Part shown: positions 37,288-47,054 of the stretch, one piece after another
Numbering within the stretch: the stretch's first letter is position 1
Layout of the letters: the number at the start of each line of letters is the position of its first letter
Assembly (NCBI GenBank): GCA_031432545.1
Contig: JAVKGX010000001.1
Location: 390,411 to 454,410 of the forward strand
Source: Candidatus Caldifonticola tengchongensis
GTDB taxonomy: Bacteria > Sysuimicrobiota > Sysuimicrobiia > Sysuimicrobiales > Sysuimicrobiaceae
Direction of reading: 5' to 3'
Length of the DNA: 64,000 nt
Translations under genes and position numbers: made by a program
Notes under the pieces: generated by a model
Seen by the model: the letters and a program-made list of their open reading frames with translations, nothing else
Database searches by the model: none
Told to the model about the DNA's origin: nothing

Positions 37288-37572
37288 TCAGTCGCGTCCG
37301 CGCCAGGCGGCGCGGTACAGGGCGATTCCCTTGTTCGCCACGAGCGAGCCCACCGCGCCCATGATGAACAGCAGCCCACCCTTGTAGAACAGCGCGCCGG
37401 GCAGGTTGAACAGACGCGAGAACCAACCGGCGTCGCCGCTGGCGGTCAGTTCGCGGTAGGCGATGACGAAGACGGTGACCAGCAGGGCCACCCCGGACAG
37501 GAACACGACGATGCCGATCCAGCGCCCGAGGGGATCGGCGTACGTCTGCACCCCCTCGTCCAGCGGGTTCAA
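37288..37572 (-). CDS. small two-TM membrane protein
   Basis: TTG 37572 overlaps the stop of the upstream gene (TTGA). Hydrophobic segments IGIVVFLSGVALLVTVFVIAY and LLFIMGAVGSLVA. Confidence 0.5.
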   Translation of the reverse strand: MNPLDEGVQTYADPLGRWIGIVVFLSGVALLVTVFVIAYRELTASGDAGWFSRLFNLPGALFYKGGLLFIMGAVGSLVANKGIALYRAAWRGRD

Positions 37573-38066
37573 CGAAACACCCGTGGCTGGCCCGTGGCGA
37601 AGTCGGGGTACTCGGCCCGCCACCGCCGTTCGTCATCTGCGCGGACCCGAACGCGCAGCGCATCCCGCGCGACCTGCCCGTCCGCCAGGCGTGCGATGGC
37701 GACGAACGACGCCACACCCGCACCGGCGGAGATCTCCACCTGCATCTGTTCCAGTCGATAGGCCCGCAGCGGGGAGCGTTGCAGCGGACGCGGCCAGTCC
37801 GCCGGCAGATTGACGAGGAACCTCTCCGCCCACGCCCTCGCCTGTGGATGCATGGGGTGGGCGAACGCCTCGTAAACCTGGACGACGGCGTTGGCGGCCA
37901 GATCCCGGTCGTTCCGCGGGTAGCCGATCGTGATCTGCGCCGTGGCCGCGCTCCGGACGGCTTCGAAGGCCCAGTGCCACGGCGGGACGTCCTCGAACGC
38001 AGACGGCTGGGCCCAGGCCCCTGCGGACAGGACCATCAAGACCGCTGCCAGCAAGAGGGCACGCAT
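37569..38066 (-). CDS. secreted protein with SLH-like N-terminal motif
   Basis: ATG 38066 after GGGGAGGTG. Signal peptide (AWA-QP) then FEDVPPWHWAFEAVRSA...ITIGYP resembling an SLH motif. 165 aa. The track ORF's N-terminal extension is rejected. Confidence 0.6.
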   Translation of the reverse strand: MRALLLAAVLMVLSAGAWAQPSAFEDVPPWHWAFEAVRSAATAQITIGYPRNDRDLAANAVVQVYEAFAHPMHPQARAWAERFLVNLPADWPRPLQRSPLRAYRLEQMQVEISAGAGVASFVAIARLADGQVARDALRVRVRADDERRWRAEYPDFATGQPRVFR

Positions 38067-38191
38067 CTGCCCACCTCCCCACGTCACCGACCTCGTCCGA
38101 ACCCCGGATCCGACCACCTCTAGTATCCGACGGCACTGTACGCGCACCCCCGACAGGAAAGCCGTGCGGCCGGCGAGAAACCCCCTGCGGT

Positions 38192-39517
38192 ATGATCTGG
38201 AACCCCCAAGCTGAGACGATGCCGCGGCCTGTGCTCGAGCGGCTGCAGCTGGAGCGGCTGCAGCACGTCGTCCGGTACGCGTACGATCGCGTGGCGGTCT
38301 TTCGGGAGCGCATGGACGCATCCGGGGTGAGCCCCGACGGCATTCGACACCTAGAGGATCTTTCGCGCCTGCCGTTCATGTTCAAGAGCGACTTCCGAGA
38401 CCACTATCCGTTCGGCCTGTTCGCCGTGCCGCTGGACCGCGTGGTCCGCATCCACGCGTCCTCGGGGACGACCGGCAAGCCGACGGTGGTCGGGTACACG
38501 CGGGCTGACATCGAGGTGTGGGCCGAGGTTTGCGCCCGCTGCCTGGCGGCCTCTGGGGGCCGGCCCGGCGACGTCTTTCAGAACGCGTACGGGTACGGGC
38601 TGTTCACGGGCGGCCTGGGGATGCACTACGGCGCCGAGCGATTGGGGATGACGATCGTGCCGGTCTCCGGTGGTAACACCGAACGGCAGATCATGCTGCT
38701 GCAGGACTTCGGGGCCCGGGTCATCGCGTGTACGCCTTCGTACGCGCTCACGCTGGCCGAGGCGCTGGCTGTCCGTGGGGTCCGGGCGGGCGACCTGCGG
38801 CTGCGGTACGGGGTACTCGGCGCCGAGCCGTGGACCGAGCAGATGCGATCCCAGATCGAAGAGAAGTTGGGGATCACCGCGGTGAACATCTACGGGCTCA
38901 GCGAGGTGATCGGTCCCGGCGTGAGCAACGAGTGCGTCGAAGCCAAGGACGGATCGCACGTCTTTGAGGACCACTTCCTCGTCGAGGTCGTCGACCCCCA
39001 CAGCGGCGAGCCGCTCCCGTATGGGGAGCAGGGCGAGCTGGTCTTCACCACGCTGACCAAGGAAGCGCTGCCGGTGATCCGTTACCGCACCGGTGACATC
39101 GCGTCTTTGAATCCGGAGCCGTGCCGTTGCGGACGCACCCACGTGCGGATGTCACGGGTGGTGGGCCGCACCGACGACATGCTCATCGTGCGCGGCGTCA
39201 ACGTCTACCCCTCGCAGGTCGAAGCCGCGATCGTCGGACTCCCGCAACTGACGCCGCACTACCAACTGGTCGTCACCCGGGAGCGGACGCTGGACGAGCT
39301 GGAGGTGCGGATCGAGGTGGACGACCTGTACTTCAACGGCATCGGCGGCGTGCTGGATCCCGCCGACGAGCGGGTGCAGAACCTCCTGCAGCGGGCCCAC
39401 GAGGCGATCTACGGCGTGCTGGGGATCTCCACCAAGGTCACGCTGATGGCCCCCGGCACCGTGCCGCGCAGCGAGGGCGGCAAGCTGCGCCGAGTCGTGG
39501 ACCTGCGGAAGATGTGA
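38192..39517 (+). CDS. paaK: phenylacetate--CoA ligase
   Basis: SSGTTGKPTVV AMP-binding motif. PaaK-specific N- and C-terminal domains. 441 aa. Confidence 0.9.
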   Translation: MIWNPQAETMPRPVLERLQLERLQHVVRYAYDRVAVFRERMDASGVSPDGIRHLEDLSRLPFMFKSDFRDHYPFGLFAVPLDRVVRIHASSGTTGKPTVVGYTRADIEVWAEVCARCLAASGGRPGDVFQNAYGYGLFTGGLGMHYGAERLGMTIVPVSGGNTERQIMLLQDFGARVIACTPSYALTLAEALAVRGVRAGDLRLRYGVLGAEPWTEQMRSQIEEKLGITAVNIYGLSEVIGPGVSNECVEAKDGSHVFEDHFLVEVVDPHSGEPLPYGEQGELVFTTLTKEALPVIRYRTGDIASLNPEPCRCGRTHVRMSRVVGRTDDMLIVRGVNVYPSQVEAAIVGLPQLTPHYQLVVTRERTLDELEVRIEVDDLYFNGIGGVLDPADERVQNLLQRAHEAIYGVLGISTKVTLMAPGTVPRSEGGKLRRVVDLRKM

Positions 39518-39930
39518 ACGCCGTGGCGGACCTCTTGCAGACCTTTCGCGCCGATCCCTACGCGCGCTTGTTGGGGATGGAAGTCGAGGACGTGCGGCCC
39601 GGCTGGGCCCGGGTGAGCATGGAACTGGGGCCCCAACACCGTACCTTCCACGGTGTCGTCCACGGCGGGGCGATCTTCTCGCTGGCCGACGCGGCGTTCG
39701 CGGTGGCCAGCAACTCCCACGACCGTCGGGCCGTGGCCCTGTCGGTCAACGTGCACTTCCACCGCGTGCCCGCCCCCGGGCGCCTGGTGGCGGAGTGCTC
39801 CGAGGAGCACCTGGGGCGCACGGTGGCTTCCTACCGCGTCGAGGTGCGCGACGCGCAGGGTCGGCGCGTCGCGACGATGCAAGGACTCGTCTACCGCCGG
39901 GACGTGCCGGTCGCCGACGCCGAAGAATGA
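39514..39930 (+). CDS. paaI: PaaI-type hotdog-fold acyl-CoA thioesterase
   Basis: GTG overlaps the paaK stop. HGGAIFSLADAAFAVA hotdog motif. 138 aa. Confidence 0.8.
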   Translation: MNAVADLLQTFRADPYARLLGMEVEDVRPGWARVSMELGPQHRTFHGVVHGGAIFSLADAAFAVASNSHDRRAVALSVNVHFHRVPAPGRLVAECSEEHLGRTVASYRVEVRDAQGRRVATMQGLVYRRDVPVADAEE

Positions 39931-40001
39931 GCCGGCTCGGATCCGGCCGGCCGGACCTCCCTTCCATGCGGGTCGATCCCGCGGTCGCCCGCCCCCGCAG
40001 C

Positions 40002-41189
40002 ATGCTGGCTCCCTTGCGGCACCGCGACTTCCGGCTGCTGTGGACGGGGTTGCTCGTCTCCAACACCGGATCGTGGATGCAGTTCGTCGCGGTGGGATAC
40101 CTGATCGACCGGTTGACGCTGTCACCCTTCTACCTCGGACTCCTCGCGCTGTGCCAGGGATTGCCCCGCCTGGTCTTCGCCGTCGTCGGCGGCGCGCTGG
40201 CGGATCGGTGGGACCGCCGCGCGCTGCTATTCTGGACCAACGCCTTTTTGGCCGCCAGCGCCCTGGTCCTCACGCTGCTCACGGTCACCGGCGTCGTCGA
40301 GGTGTGGCACGTGATCCTCATCGCGGCGCTCAACTCGGTGGTGATGTCGTTCGACATGCCTGCCCGTCACTCGATGGTGCCGGCGCTGGTGGAGGAAGAC
40401 GAGGTGCTGCAGGCCGTCAGCCTCAACTCCGTGGCGTTCAACGGCGCGGGCATTTTCGGGCCGTCGCTGGGAGGCGCCTTGATCGCCGTCGTGGGGGAGG
40501 CCGGCTGCTTTGCGATCAACACGCTGTCGTACGCTGGCGTGTTGGTCGCGTTGGCGCGGATGAGCCCCACGGCGCGGCGGGAGGTGGCGTCGGGCGACCG
40601 GGTCTTTGAGGAGATCCGTGAGGCGTTTGCGCTGCTGCGTACGAATCGCGTCGTGCTGTGGGCATTGCTCTCGGTGGCGGTGTTGAACTTCTTCGGCCGG
40701 CCTTATTTTCGGTTGATGCCGGCGTTCGCGCGCGAGGTCCTGCACACCGACGCCACGGGGCTCGGCCTGCTGCAGGCGGCACCGGGGCTGGGGACGGTGC
40801 TGTCCGCGTGGTACGTGTCGCGCGTGGTGGGCCGCAGCCGCGGCCGGTTGCTGTCCGGGGCGACGCTGTGGTTCGGTGCGTGCGTGGTCCTGTTCGCCCT
40901 GTCTGGGGGTCTGTGGCCGGCATTGCTCCTCCTGGTTGCGACCGGTCTGTTCCAGTCCGTGGCGATGTCGTCCGCCAACGCCCTCGTCCAGACGAGCGTG
41001 GACCCGGGGATGCGGGGTCGGGCGATGGGCCTGTACTCGATGACCGCGTTCGGGATGTTCGCCCTCGGCAGCTTCCCCCTGGGCGCGCTCGCAGCCTTCG
41101 TGGGGGTTCCCGCGTCGCTGACCCTGGGAGGGGCCCTCACCGCCGTGGTCGCCTTGGCGCTGCGCCCGCGGCTGCGCGGCGTGGCATAA
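40002..41189 (+). CDS. MFS transporter (EntS/MFS_3-like)
   Basis: 12 TM helices. RDFRLLWTGLLVSNTGSWMQ N-terminus. ATG 39966 is an alternative start. Confidence 0.8.
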   Translation: MLAPLRHRDFRLLWTGLLVSNTGSWMQFVAVGYLIDRLTLSPFYLGLLALCQGLPRLVFAVVGGALADRWDRRALLFWTNAFLAASALVLTLLTVTGVVEVWHVILIAALNSVVMSFDMPARHSMVPALVEEDEVLQAVSLNSVAFNGAGIFGPSLGGALIAVVGEAGCFAINTLSYAGVLVALARMSPTARREVASGDRVFEEIREAFALLRTNRVVLWALLSVAVLNFFGRPYFRLMPAFAREVLHTDATGLGLLQAAPGLGTVLSAWYVSRVVGRSRGRLLSGATLWFGACVVLFALSGGLWPALLLLVATGLFQSVAMSSANALVQTSVDPGMRGRAMGLYSMTAFGMFALGSFPLGALAAFVGVPASLTLGGALTAVVALALRPRLRGVA

Positions 41190-41209
41190 TCGACCGGAAG
41201 GAGGCGGGC

Positions 41210-41659
41210 ATGGAGACCAAGGCCTGGCTGGACGGAGTACGGGGGATCCTCGAACACCATCCGGGCCCAGAGGGGGCCGAACGCGTGGTGGCCTACCTGC
41301 AGGAGAACTTCCCCCACTACACCTGGGTGGGGATATACTGGGTCGAAGGCGACGAGCTGGTGCTGGGACCGTGGCGCGGTCCGGAGGCGACGGAGCACAC
41401 GCGGATTCCGATCGGGATGGGCGTGTGCGGTGCAGCCGCCGCCTCCGGTCGGACGGAAATCGTCCCCGATGTCTCTCGCGACCCTCGCTACCTTGCGTGT
41501 TTCCCCTACACCAAGTCGGAGATCGTCGTGCCGATCGTCGCCGACGGAAGGGTGGTCGGCGAGATCGACATCGACAGCGACCGGCTGGACGCGTTCGACG
41601 AGCGCGACCGCGTCTTTTTGGAGGGAGTGGCGCGTCTGCTCGCCGGGACACGGGCATGA
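41210..41659 (+). CDS. GAF-domain protein of the free methionine-(R)-sulfoxide reductase (fRMsr/YebR) type
   Basis: GMGVCGAAAASGRTEIVPDVSRDPRYLACFPYTKSEIVVPI...GEIDIDSD matches the fRMsr signature. GGAAGGAGG RBS. Confidence 0.75.
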   Translation: METKAWLDGVRGILEHHPGPEGAERVVAYLQENFPHYTWVGIYWVEGDELVLGPWRGPEATEHTRIPIGMGVCGAAAASGRTEIVPDVSRDPRYLACFPYTKSEIVVPIVADGRVVGEIDIDSDRLDAFDERDRVFLEGVARLLAGTRA

Positions 41660-41693
41660 CCGGCGGCGTTGCGGTGCGCCCGCGGGGGCATCC

Positions 41694-42632
41694 ATGCGGG
41701 CAGATCGTCTGACGCTGAGCGCGTTCGCGCTCATCGTGCTGATCGGCGGCGTGAACTTCCTCGCCGTCCGGATCAGCAACCAGGAACTCGCCCCGATGTT
41801 CGGGGCGGCGGTGCGGTTCGCCGCCGCGGCGCTGCTGCTCCTGGCGGTTGCGGCCGTCGGCCGACTTGCTCTCCCTCGGGGCGCGGGGCTGCAGGGCAGC
41901 GCGGTGTACGGCGCGCTCAGCTTTGGACTGGCCTATGCCCTGTTGTACGTGGGGCTCGCGCGCGTGACCGCCGGCCTGGCGTCGGTCCTTATGGCTGCGG
42001 TGCCGTTGCTTGCCTTTCTGCTGGCGGTCGCCCACGGCCAGGAGCGGTTTCGGTGGAGCGGCATCGGCGGTGGGATGCTGGCCGTGGCCGGCATCGCGCT
42101 GATGTCCGGCGGCGCTGGCGCAGGGGCCGCGCCGTTTGTGTACATGCTGGCGATCGTCGGGGGAGCGGTGTGCGCGGCCGAGGGCAGCGTGATCGCCAAG
42201 ACGCTGCCCCGCAGCCATCCGGTCGCCACGAACGCGGTGGGCATGACGGTCGGGGCGGTGCTGCTGTTCGCCCTGTCGGCCGCGTTCGGGGAGGCGTGGA
42301 CCATCCCGCAGAGAGCCCAGACGTGGTGGGCGCTCGTCTACTTGGTGCTCGCGGGCTCAATGGGGATGTTCGGGCTGTTCTTGTTCGTCGTCCGCCGCTG
42401 GACCGCGTCGGCCACCGCGTACGCGCTGCCGCTGATGCCCTTCGTGGCCGTGACCCTGGGCGTGTGGCTGGGCGGCGAGGACGTGACGCCGGCTCTGGTC
42501 GCCGGCGGGAGTCTGCTGCTGGCCGGCGTGTACACAGGCGCCCTGCGGCCTTCGCCCCTGCTCGCCGGGTCCGCCGCTTCGGGCGACCTGGGTGACGCGC
42601 GGGAACCGGTTGACCGGCCAGACCGAGGGTGA
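41694..42632 (+). CDS. EamA/DMT-family transporter
   Basis: 10 TM helices in two EamA repeats. ATG 41694. Confidence 0.75.
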   Translation: MRADRLTLSAFALIVLIGGVNFLAVRISNQELAPMFGAAVRFAAAALLLLAVAAVGRLALPRGAGLQGSAVYGALSFGLAYALLYVGLARVTAGLASVLMAAVPLLAFLLAVAHGQERFRWSGIGGGMLAVAGIALMSGGAGAGAAPFVYMLAIVGGAVCAAEGSVIAKTLPRSHPVATNAVGMTVGAVLLFALSAAFGEAWTIPQRAQTWWALVYLVLAGSMGMFGLFLFVVRRWTASATAYALPLMPFVAVTLGVWLGGEDVTPALVAGGSLLLAGVYTGALRPSPLLAGSAASGDLGDAREPVDRPDRG

Positions 42633-42763
42633 ACGGGGCCGCGCGTATGCCGTCTGACTGAGGCGTCCTGGCGGGCGGGGCCGGTACGTCCTGCTCGCGC
42701 GGGAGCGCCGCACCGGATGGCGACCGGTCGGGGTCGGATGTCAAACGTGGACGGAATCGGACG

Positions 42764-43435
42764 TTGACGGATACCCCACACCCGGCCACCCACCGCCAAG
42801 GCCCCTCTCCGACCGCCCACCAGCCGTCGGCGGGCGGGGATCATGAGGACGAGCTGGTTGTGCGGCCGGCGGCCGACACCGACCGCGCCGCGGTGGGGCG
42901 TGTTTTGGCGGAGGGATTTCCGGAGAAGTTCGGGCCGATCTTCGGTCAAGATCGCGAGCGGACGGCGCGCATCCTCGCCGATCTGCCCCCGACCGGGACG
43001 GTCTACGTCGCCCAGCGCGCAGGGCAGATCGTGGGCACGGCGACCCTCGTGCTGGAGCCACCGCCTCCCCCGGTGCTGTGGCCCGTGCTGCGCCGACGGC
43101 TTTCCGTATGGGAGTCGCTGCGCGCCCTGCTCTTGCTGACGTCGTTGGGGTCGTCCTCGCCGGACGCCGCTACGGGCGTGATCGAGGCGGTGGCCGTCCT
43201 GCCGCAGGCGCGGGGGCGGGGCGTGGGTCGCGCGCTGGTGACCGCCGCGATGGCGGCGGCGCGGCGCGCCGGGCGCACGCGGGTGGCGCTGTACGTCGTC
43301 GAGGGCAACAACGCCGCGGTGCGTCTGTACGCGTCTTTGGGTTTTCGGGTCGTGCGCCGCCACCGGTTGCTGTGGCAGCGGTGGCTGTTCGGCACACGGC
43401 GTATCCTCTACATGGTGGCCCACCTACCGCCCTGA
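42764..43435 (+). CDS. GNAT-family N-acetyltransferase
   Basis: Acetyl-CoA binding motif QARGRGVGRALV and VLYVVEGNNAAVRLYASLGF. Start (TTG 42764) is uncertain. A shorter product from an internal GTG is possible. Confidence 0.65.
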   Translation: MTDTPHPATHRQGPSPTAHQPSAGGDHEDELVVRPAADTDRAAVGRVLAEGFPEKFGPIFGQDRERTARILADLPPTGTVYVAQRAGQIVGTATLVLEPPPPPVLWPVLRRRLSVWESLRALLLLTSLGSSSPDAATGVIEAVAVLPQARGRGVGRALVTAAMAAARRAGRTRVALYVVEGNNAAVRLYASLGFRVVRRHRLLWQRWLFGTRRILYMVAHLPP

Positions 43436-43491
43436 CCGGGACGTCAGCCTGTTGACCTGCCGCGGGGGAGGTTTTCGAACTTGGTCGGGCG

Positions 43492-44286
43492 CTACACCGC
43501 CACGGGCGCCTTGATCGGTGGGTGGGGGTCGTAACCGATCAGCTCGATGTCCTCATAGCGGAACTCGGAGATGTCCCGGACGGCGGGATTCAGCCGCACC
43601 CGCGGGTGCGGTCGCGGCTGGCGCGAGAGCTGGATGCGGGCCTGCTCGACGTGGTTGCTGTACAGATGCAAATCGCCGAAGGTGTACACGAGTTCGGACG
43701 GTGTGAGGTCGCATACCTGCGCGACCATCTGCGTCAGCAGGGCGTACGACGCGATGTTGAACGGTACGCCCAAAAAGACGTCCGCGCTGCGCTGGTAGAC
43801 CTGCGTGCTGAGCTCGCCGTCGTGCACGTAGAACTGGAACAGCACGTGGCAGGGCGGCAGCGCCATCTGGTGCAGTTCTCCGACGTTCCACGCGCTGACG
43901 ACCAAGCGGCGGCTGTGCGGGTTGGTGCGGATCTCGGAGATCACGCGGTCGATCTGGTCGATCGTCCGGCCGTCCGGCGCCCGCCAGCCCCGCCATTGGG
44001 CGCCGTAGATCCTGCCGAGGTCCCCCTGCTCGTCCGCCCACTCGTCCCAGATGGTCACCCCGTGGTCGCGCAGATAACCGACGTTGGTGTCTCCCCTCAG
44101 GAACCACAGGAGCTCGTAGACGACGGACTTGAAGTGGACCTTCTTGGTCGTGACCAGCGGAAAGCCGGCCTTCAGGGAGAACCGCACCTGCGCGCCGAAC
44201 ACAGAGTAAGTGCCGGTGCCGGTCCTGTCCGGCCTGAAGCGCCCTCGTTCCAGCACCGTGCGCAGCAGGTTCAAGTACTCGATCAT
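43492..44286 (-). CDS. thyA: thymidylate synthase
   Basis: 264 aa [15 protein letters not shown]...catalytic PPCH motif ([13 protein letters not shown]). Full-length ThyA. The 21-codon upstream extension in the track ORF is rejected. Confidence 0.95.
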   Translation of the reverse strand: MIEYLNLLRTVLERGRFRPDRTGTGTYSVFGAQVRFSLKAGFPLVTTKKVHFKSVVYELLWFLRGDTNVGYLRDHGVTIWDEWADEQGDLGRIYGAQWRGWRAPDGRTIDQIDRVISEIRTNPHSRRLVVSAWNVGELHQMALPPCHVLFQFYVHDGELSTQVYQRSADVFLGVPFNIASYALLTQMVAQVCDLTPSELVYTFGDLHLYSNHVEQARIQLSRQPRPHPRVRLNPAVRDISEFRYEDIELIGYDPHPPIKAPVAV

Positions 44287-44438
44287 GGCGGGCCGCCCTC
44301 CTCGCTGGGATCGCCTCGCTCCTGTGATTCGGTGCTGGGCTGTGAACAACCTCCCCGGTTATCCACATGTCGTATCGCTGGCTCAGTTTGTGCGCTACAT
44401 CTTGTGCCGCACACGGATTCGGTATACAAGGTATAGGC

Positions 44439-45482
44439 ATGGAACGGGGTCTGGCGCTGCTCGAATCCGCGCGGCGGGAGGGGTTCGCGAACCCTCCGCC
44501 CCGCAAGGTGGACTGCCCGATCGCGGACATGCACACCCACTTCGCGGTGAGGCCGAGCAGGAGCCCTCGGCGACGTGCCGGTCGGACTGCGCGTCGGATG
44601 CCGGCGTCCGACGCCAACGCCCAGCTGGTCGCAGCCGGCAGGCTGTACGGGATCGCGCGGTTCGTCGCGATTGCCGATCTCGCCACCGAGCTGCGGGCCA
44701 GGGATCGCTTCCCCGAAGTCCAGATCGCCGTGCCGATCCGTTGGACCCACTGGGGCCGCCCCGGCCGGTTCGTCTCCGACAACCTGCGTACGCTGCACGC
44801 CGCGCACGCACAGGGAGTGCGCATCGTCAAGATGTGGATGGCCCCCAGGCTCGCGGACCGGGTGGAGGGAGAGGTCCCCCGCCCCGACGCACCGGCGCTG
44901 GACCCCATCTTCGAGTTCATCGAGCGGCACGACATGGCGGTCCTGATCCACGTCTCCGACCCGGACCGGTGGTTCGCGACGAAGTACGCCGGCCGTGCGC
45001 GCTTGGGCAAGAAGGCGGATCAGTATCCCCCGCTGGAAGCCCGCATGGCCCGCCACCGCAGCGTGCTGTTCCAAGCGGCCCACATGGCCGGCGACCCCGA
45101 ACATCTGGACCACGTGCATCGCCTGCTGTGCGACCATCCCAACCTGGTTGTGGACACGAGCGCGACGAAGTGGATGGTGCGCGAGCTCGGCAGGCAGCCC
45201 GAGCACACGAGGGCCTTCTTCGACAGGTGGGCCGACCGAATCGTGTTCGGGACCGACCAGGTCGTCCTGCACGATCCGGAGCCGCACCGTTACACCGTTC
45301 GGTACTGGATCCACCGAGTCTTCTGGGAAACCGACCTCGTCTGCCCCCTGCCGATCGAAGACGCCGACAGCCAGGGGCCGCCCGTCCTGCGCGGCGTCGA
45401 CCTCTCGCCGCGGGCGCTGGAGCGCATCTACTGGCGGACGCCGCTGCGGTTGCTGCCCCCGGACCGGCCGCCGGCCGAGTGA
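44439..45482 (+). CDS. amidohydrolase-2 (TIM-barrel metal-dependent hydrolase) family protein
   Basis: DMHTHF metal-binding start of barrel, later HVSD / DTS motifs. ATG 44439. Confidence 0.7.
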   Translation: MERGLALLESARREGFANPPPRKVDCPIADMHTHFAVRPSRSPRRRAGRTARRMPASDANAQLVAAGRLYGIARFVAIADLATELRARDRFPEVQIAVPIRWTHWGRPGRFVSDNLRTLHAAHAQGVRIVKMWMAPRLADRVEGEVPRPDAPALDPIFEFIERHDMAVLIHVSDPDRWFATKYAGRARLGKKADQYPPLEARMARHRSVLFQAAHMAGDPEHLDHVHRLLCDHPNLVVDTSATKWMVRELGRQPEHTRAFFDRWADRIVFGTDQVVLHDPEPHRYTVRYWIHRVFWETDLVCPLPIEDADSQGPPVLRGVDLSPRALERIYWRTPLRLLPPDRPPAE

Positions 45483-45544
45483 AGTGATCCGCTCACCTTC
45501 GATGGGCCCCACCTGCTATGATGTCTGCCGGGAGGTCGCGGCGC

Positions 45545-45775
45545 ATGTTCCTGTTCTGGGTGGTCGTCTTTTTCCTCGTGCTGGCTATGTACGGGATGCT
45601 GGTCGTTGCGGGGCTGCTCGACCTGAGCATGGGGCGCCCGCCGAACCATCCGCTCCGGCGGCTGGCCCGCCTGCTGGCCGCTCCCTTCCGGGGCGGTGCG
45701 CCGGACGAGGAGGCCGTGGAGGAGATGGCCCGGCGGCTGCGCGGCGGTCCCGGGTCGTGGCCTGCCTCGGGTTAG
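45545..45775 (+). CDS. small membrane protein (76 aa)
   Basis: GGGAGG RBS 9 nt upstream of ATG 45545. Single or double TM (FLFWVVVFFLVLAMYGMLVVAGLL). Confidence 0.45.
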   Translation: MFLFWVVVFFLVLAMYGMLVVAGLLDLSMGRPPNHPLRRLARLLAAPFRGGAPDEEAVEEMARRLRGGPGSWPASG

Positions 45776-45777
45776 AC

Positions 45778-46356
45778 ATGGAGGCGCGGAGCAGCGCGGT
45801 TCGGATCGAGCAGATTCGCCAGCGACTCGCCGCCCGCCGACCCCGCCAAATCGAAGACCCTGCCCATCGACTCGCCGGCGTCCTCGTCCCGCTGTACGAG
45901 AGCAACGGCCAAATCTTCGTCCTGCTCACGAAGAGGACGGACCGGGTCGCCACCCACAAGGGCCAGATCTCGTTCCCGGGAGGCGCGGTCGAACCGATCG
46001 ATCGCGACGCCCTCGACGCGGCGCTGCGGGAGACGTGGGAGGAGGTGGGGATCGCGTCGGACGACGTGGAACTGCTGGGTCAGCTGGACGACGTACCGAC
46101 CGTGGTGTCCGGCTTTGTGATCCGGCCTTTCGTCGGCCGCGTCCCCCATCCTTACGAACTGCGGATCGCGCCCGAGGAGATCGGTGAAGTGGTGCGTGTG
46201 CCGCTGGCGTTCTTCATCAAGGACCGCAACCTGCGCTTGGAGTGGCGGGAGCGCGGCGTCGAGCGCCACCCCGTGTACTTCTACGACTTCGGACCACATG
46301 TGATCTGGGGAGCCACCGCGCGGATCGTGCGCGACCTGGTGGAGCTGGTGCGGTGA
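45778..46356 (+). CDS. NUDIX hydrolase (CoA pyrophosphatase NudL-like)
   Basis: Nudix box GGAVEPIDRDALDAALRETWEEVGI. Confidence 0.8.
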   Translation: MEARSSAVRIEQIRQRLAARRPRQIEDPAHRLAGVLVPLYESNGQIFVLLTKRTDRVATHKGQISFPGGAVEPIDRDALDAALRETWEEVGIASDDVELLGQLDDVPTVVSGFVIRPFVGRVPHPYELRIAPEEIGEVVRVPLAFFIKDRNLRLEWRERGVERHPVYFYDFGPHVIWGATARIVRDLVELVR

Positions 46357-47054
46357 AGCTGGCCATCATCTGCGACGTCCACGGCAACTTGGCCGCCCTC
46401 GAGGCGGTGGCGCGGGATCTGGACCGAGTGGTGGGGCTGCAGCACGTGCTGGTGGGCGGCGACATCTGCCTGGGAGGTCTGGAGCCGGCGGAGTGCATCG
46501 ACTTTTTGCGCCAGCGAGAGTGGTCGGCCATCCTCGGCAACACCGACCGCTACATCACAGAAGAAGTAGTACCCGCCGGGCCTGCTGCTTCGCTGCTGGA
46601 CTGGACGCGAAGGTCCCTGGACAGCGACCACATGCTCTACCTCGCCGAGCTCCCCTTCCAGCTGCGCATGGTGCCCGAAGAAGGGCACGACCTGTACCTT
46701 GTGCACGCGACGCCGTGGGACATCGAGGAGGCGGTACAGCCGGACGCCCCCGAAGACCTGGTCGAGCGCATCTTCGAAGAAGCACGCGCCAACCTGGTCG
46801 TCTACGGGCACGTCCACAAGCAGCATCGCCGGGAACTGCGCGGCCGCGTGCTCGTGAACCCGGGGTCCGTGGGCTTTCCGTTCGACTGGGATCCGCGGCC
46901 GGCGTACGCGCTGTTCACGTGGGACGGGCGGTGGCACGTCCAGCTGCGGCGCGTCGAGCGCGGCTACGACCCCGAGCGGATCGCCCGGCGCTACGCGGCA
47001 CACCACCCCTACGGCGCGATCTGGGCCCAGCGGATTCGGACCGCGAGGGCATGA
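46353..47054 (+). CDS. calcineurin-like metallophosphoesterase (YfcE-type)
   Basis: GTG overlaps the NUDIX stop. DVHGN and GDICLGG and GHVH motifs. Confidence 0.8.
   Translation: MKLAIICDVHGNLAALEAVARDLDRVVGLQHVLVGGDICLGGLEPAECIDFLRQREWSAILGNTDRYITEEVVPAGPAASLLDWTRRSLDSDHMLYLAELPFQLRMVPEEGHDLYLVHATPWDIEEAVQPDAPEDLVERIFEEARANLVVYGHVHKQHRRELRGRVLVNPGSVGFPFDWDPRPAYALFTWDGRWHVQLRRVERGYDPERIARRYAAHHPYGAIWAQRIRTARA

Noticed and set aside
44359-44367. Perfect DnaA-box 9-mer TTATCCACA in the thyA/amidohydrolase divergent spacer
   Set aside because: A single 9-mer is expected by chance about once in 128 kb of two-strand sequence. No cluster of boxes or AT-rich DUE nearby, so it is not an origin.
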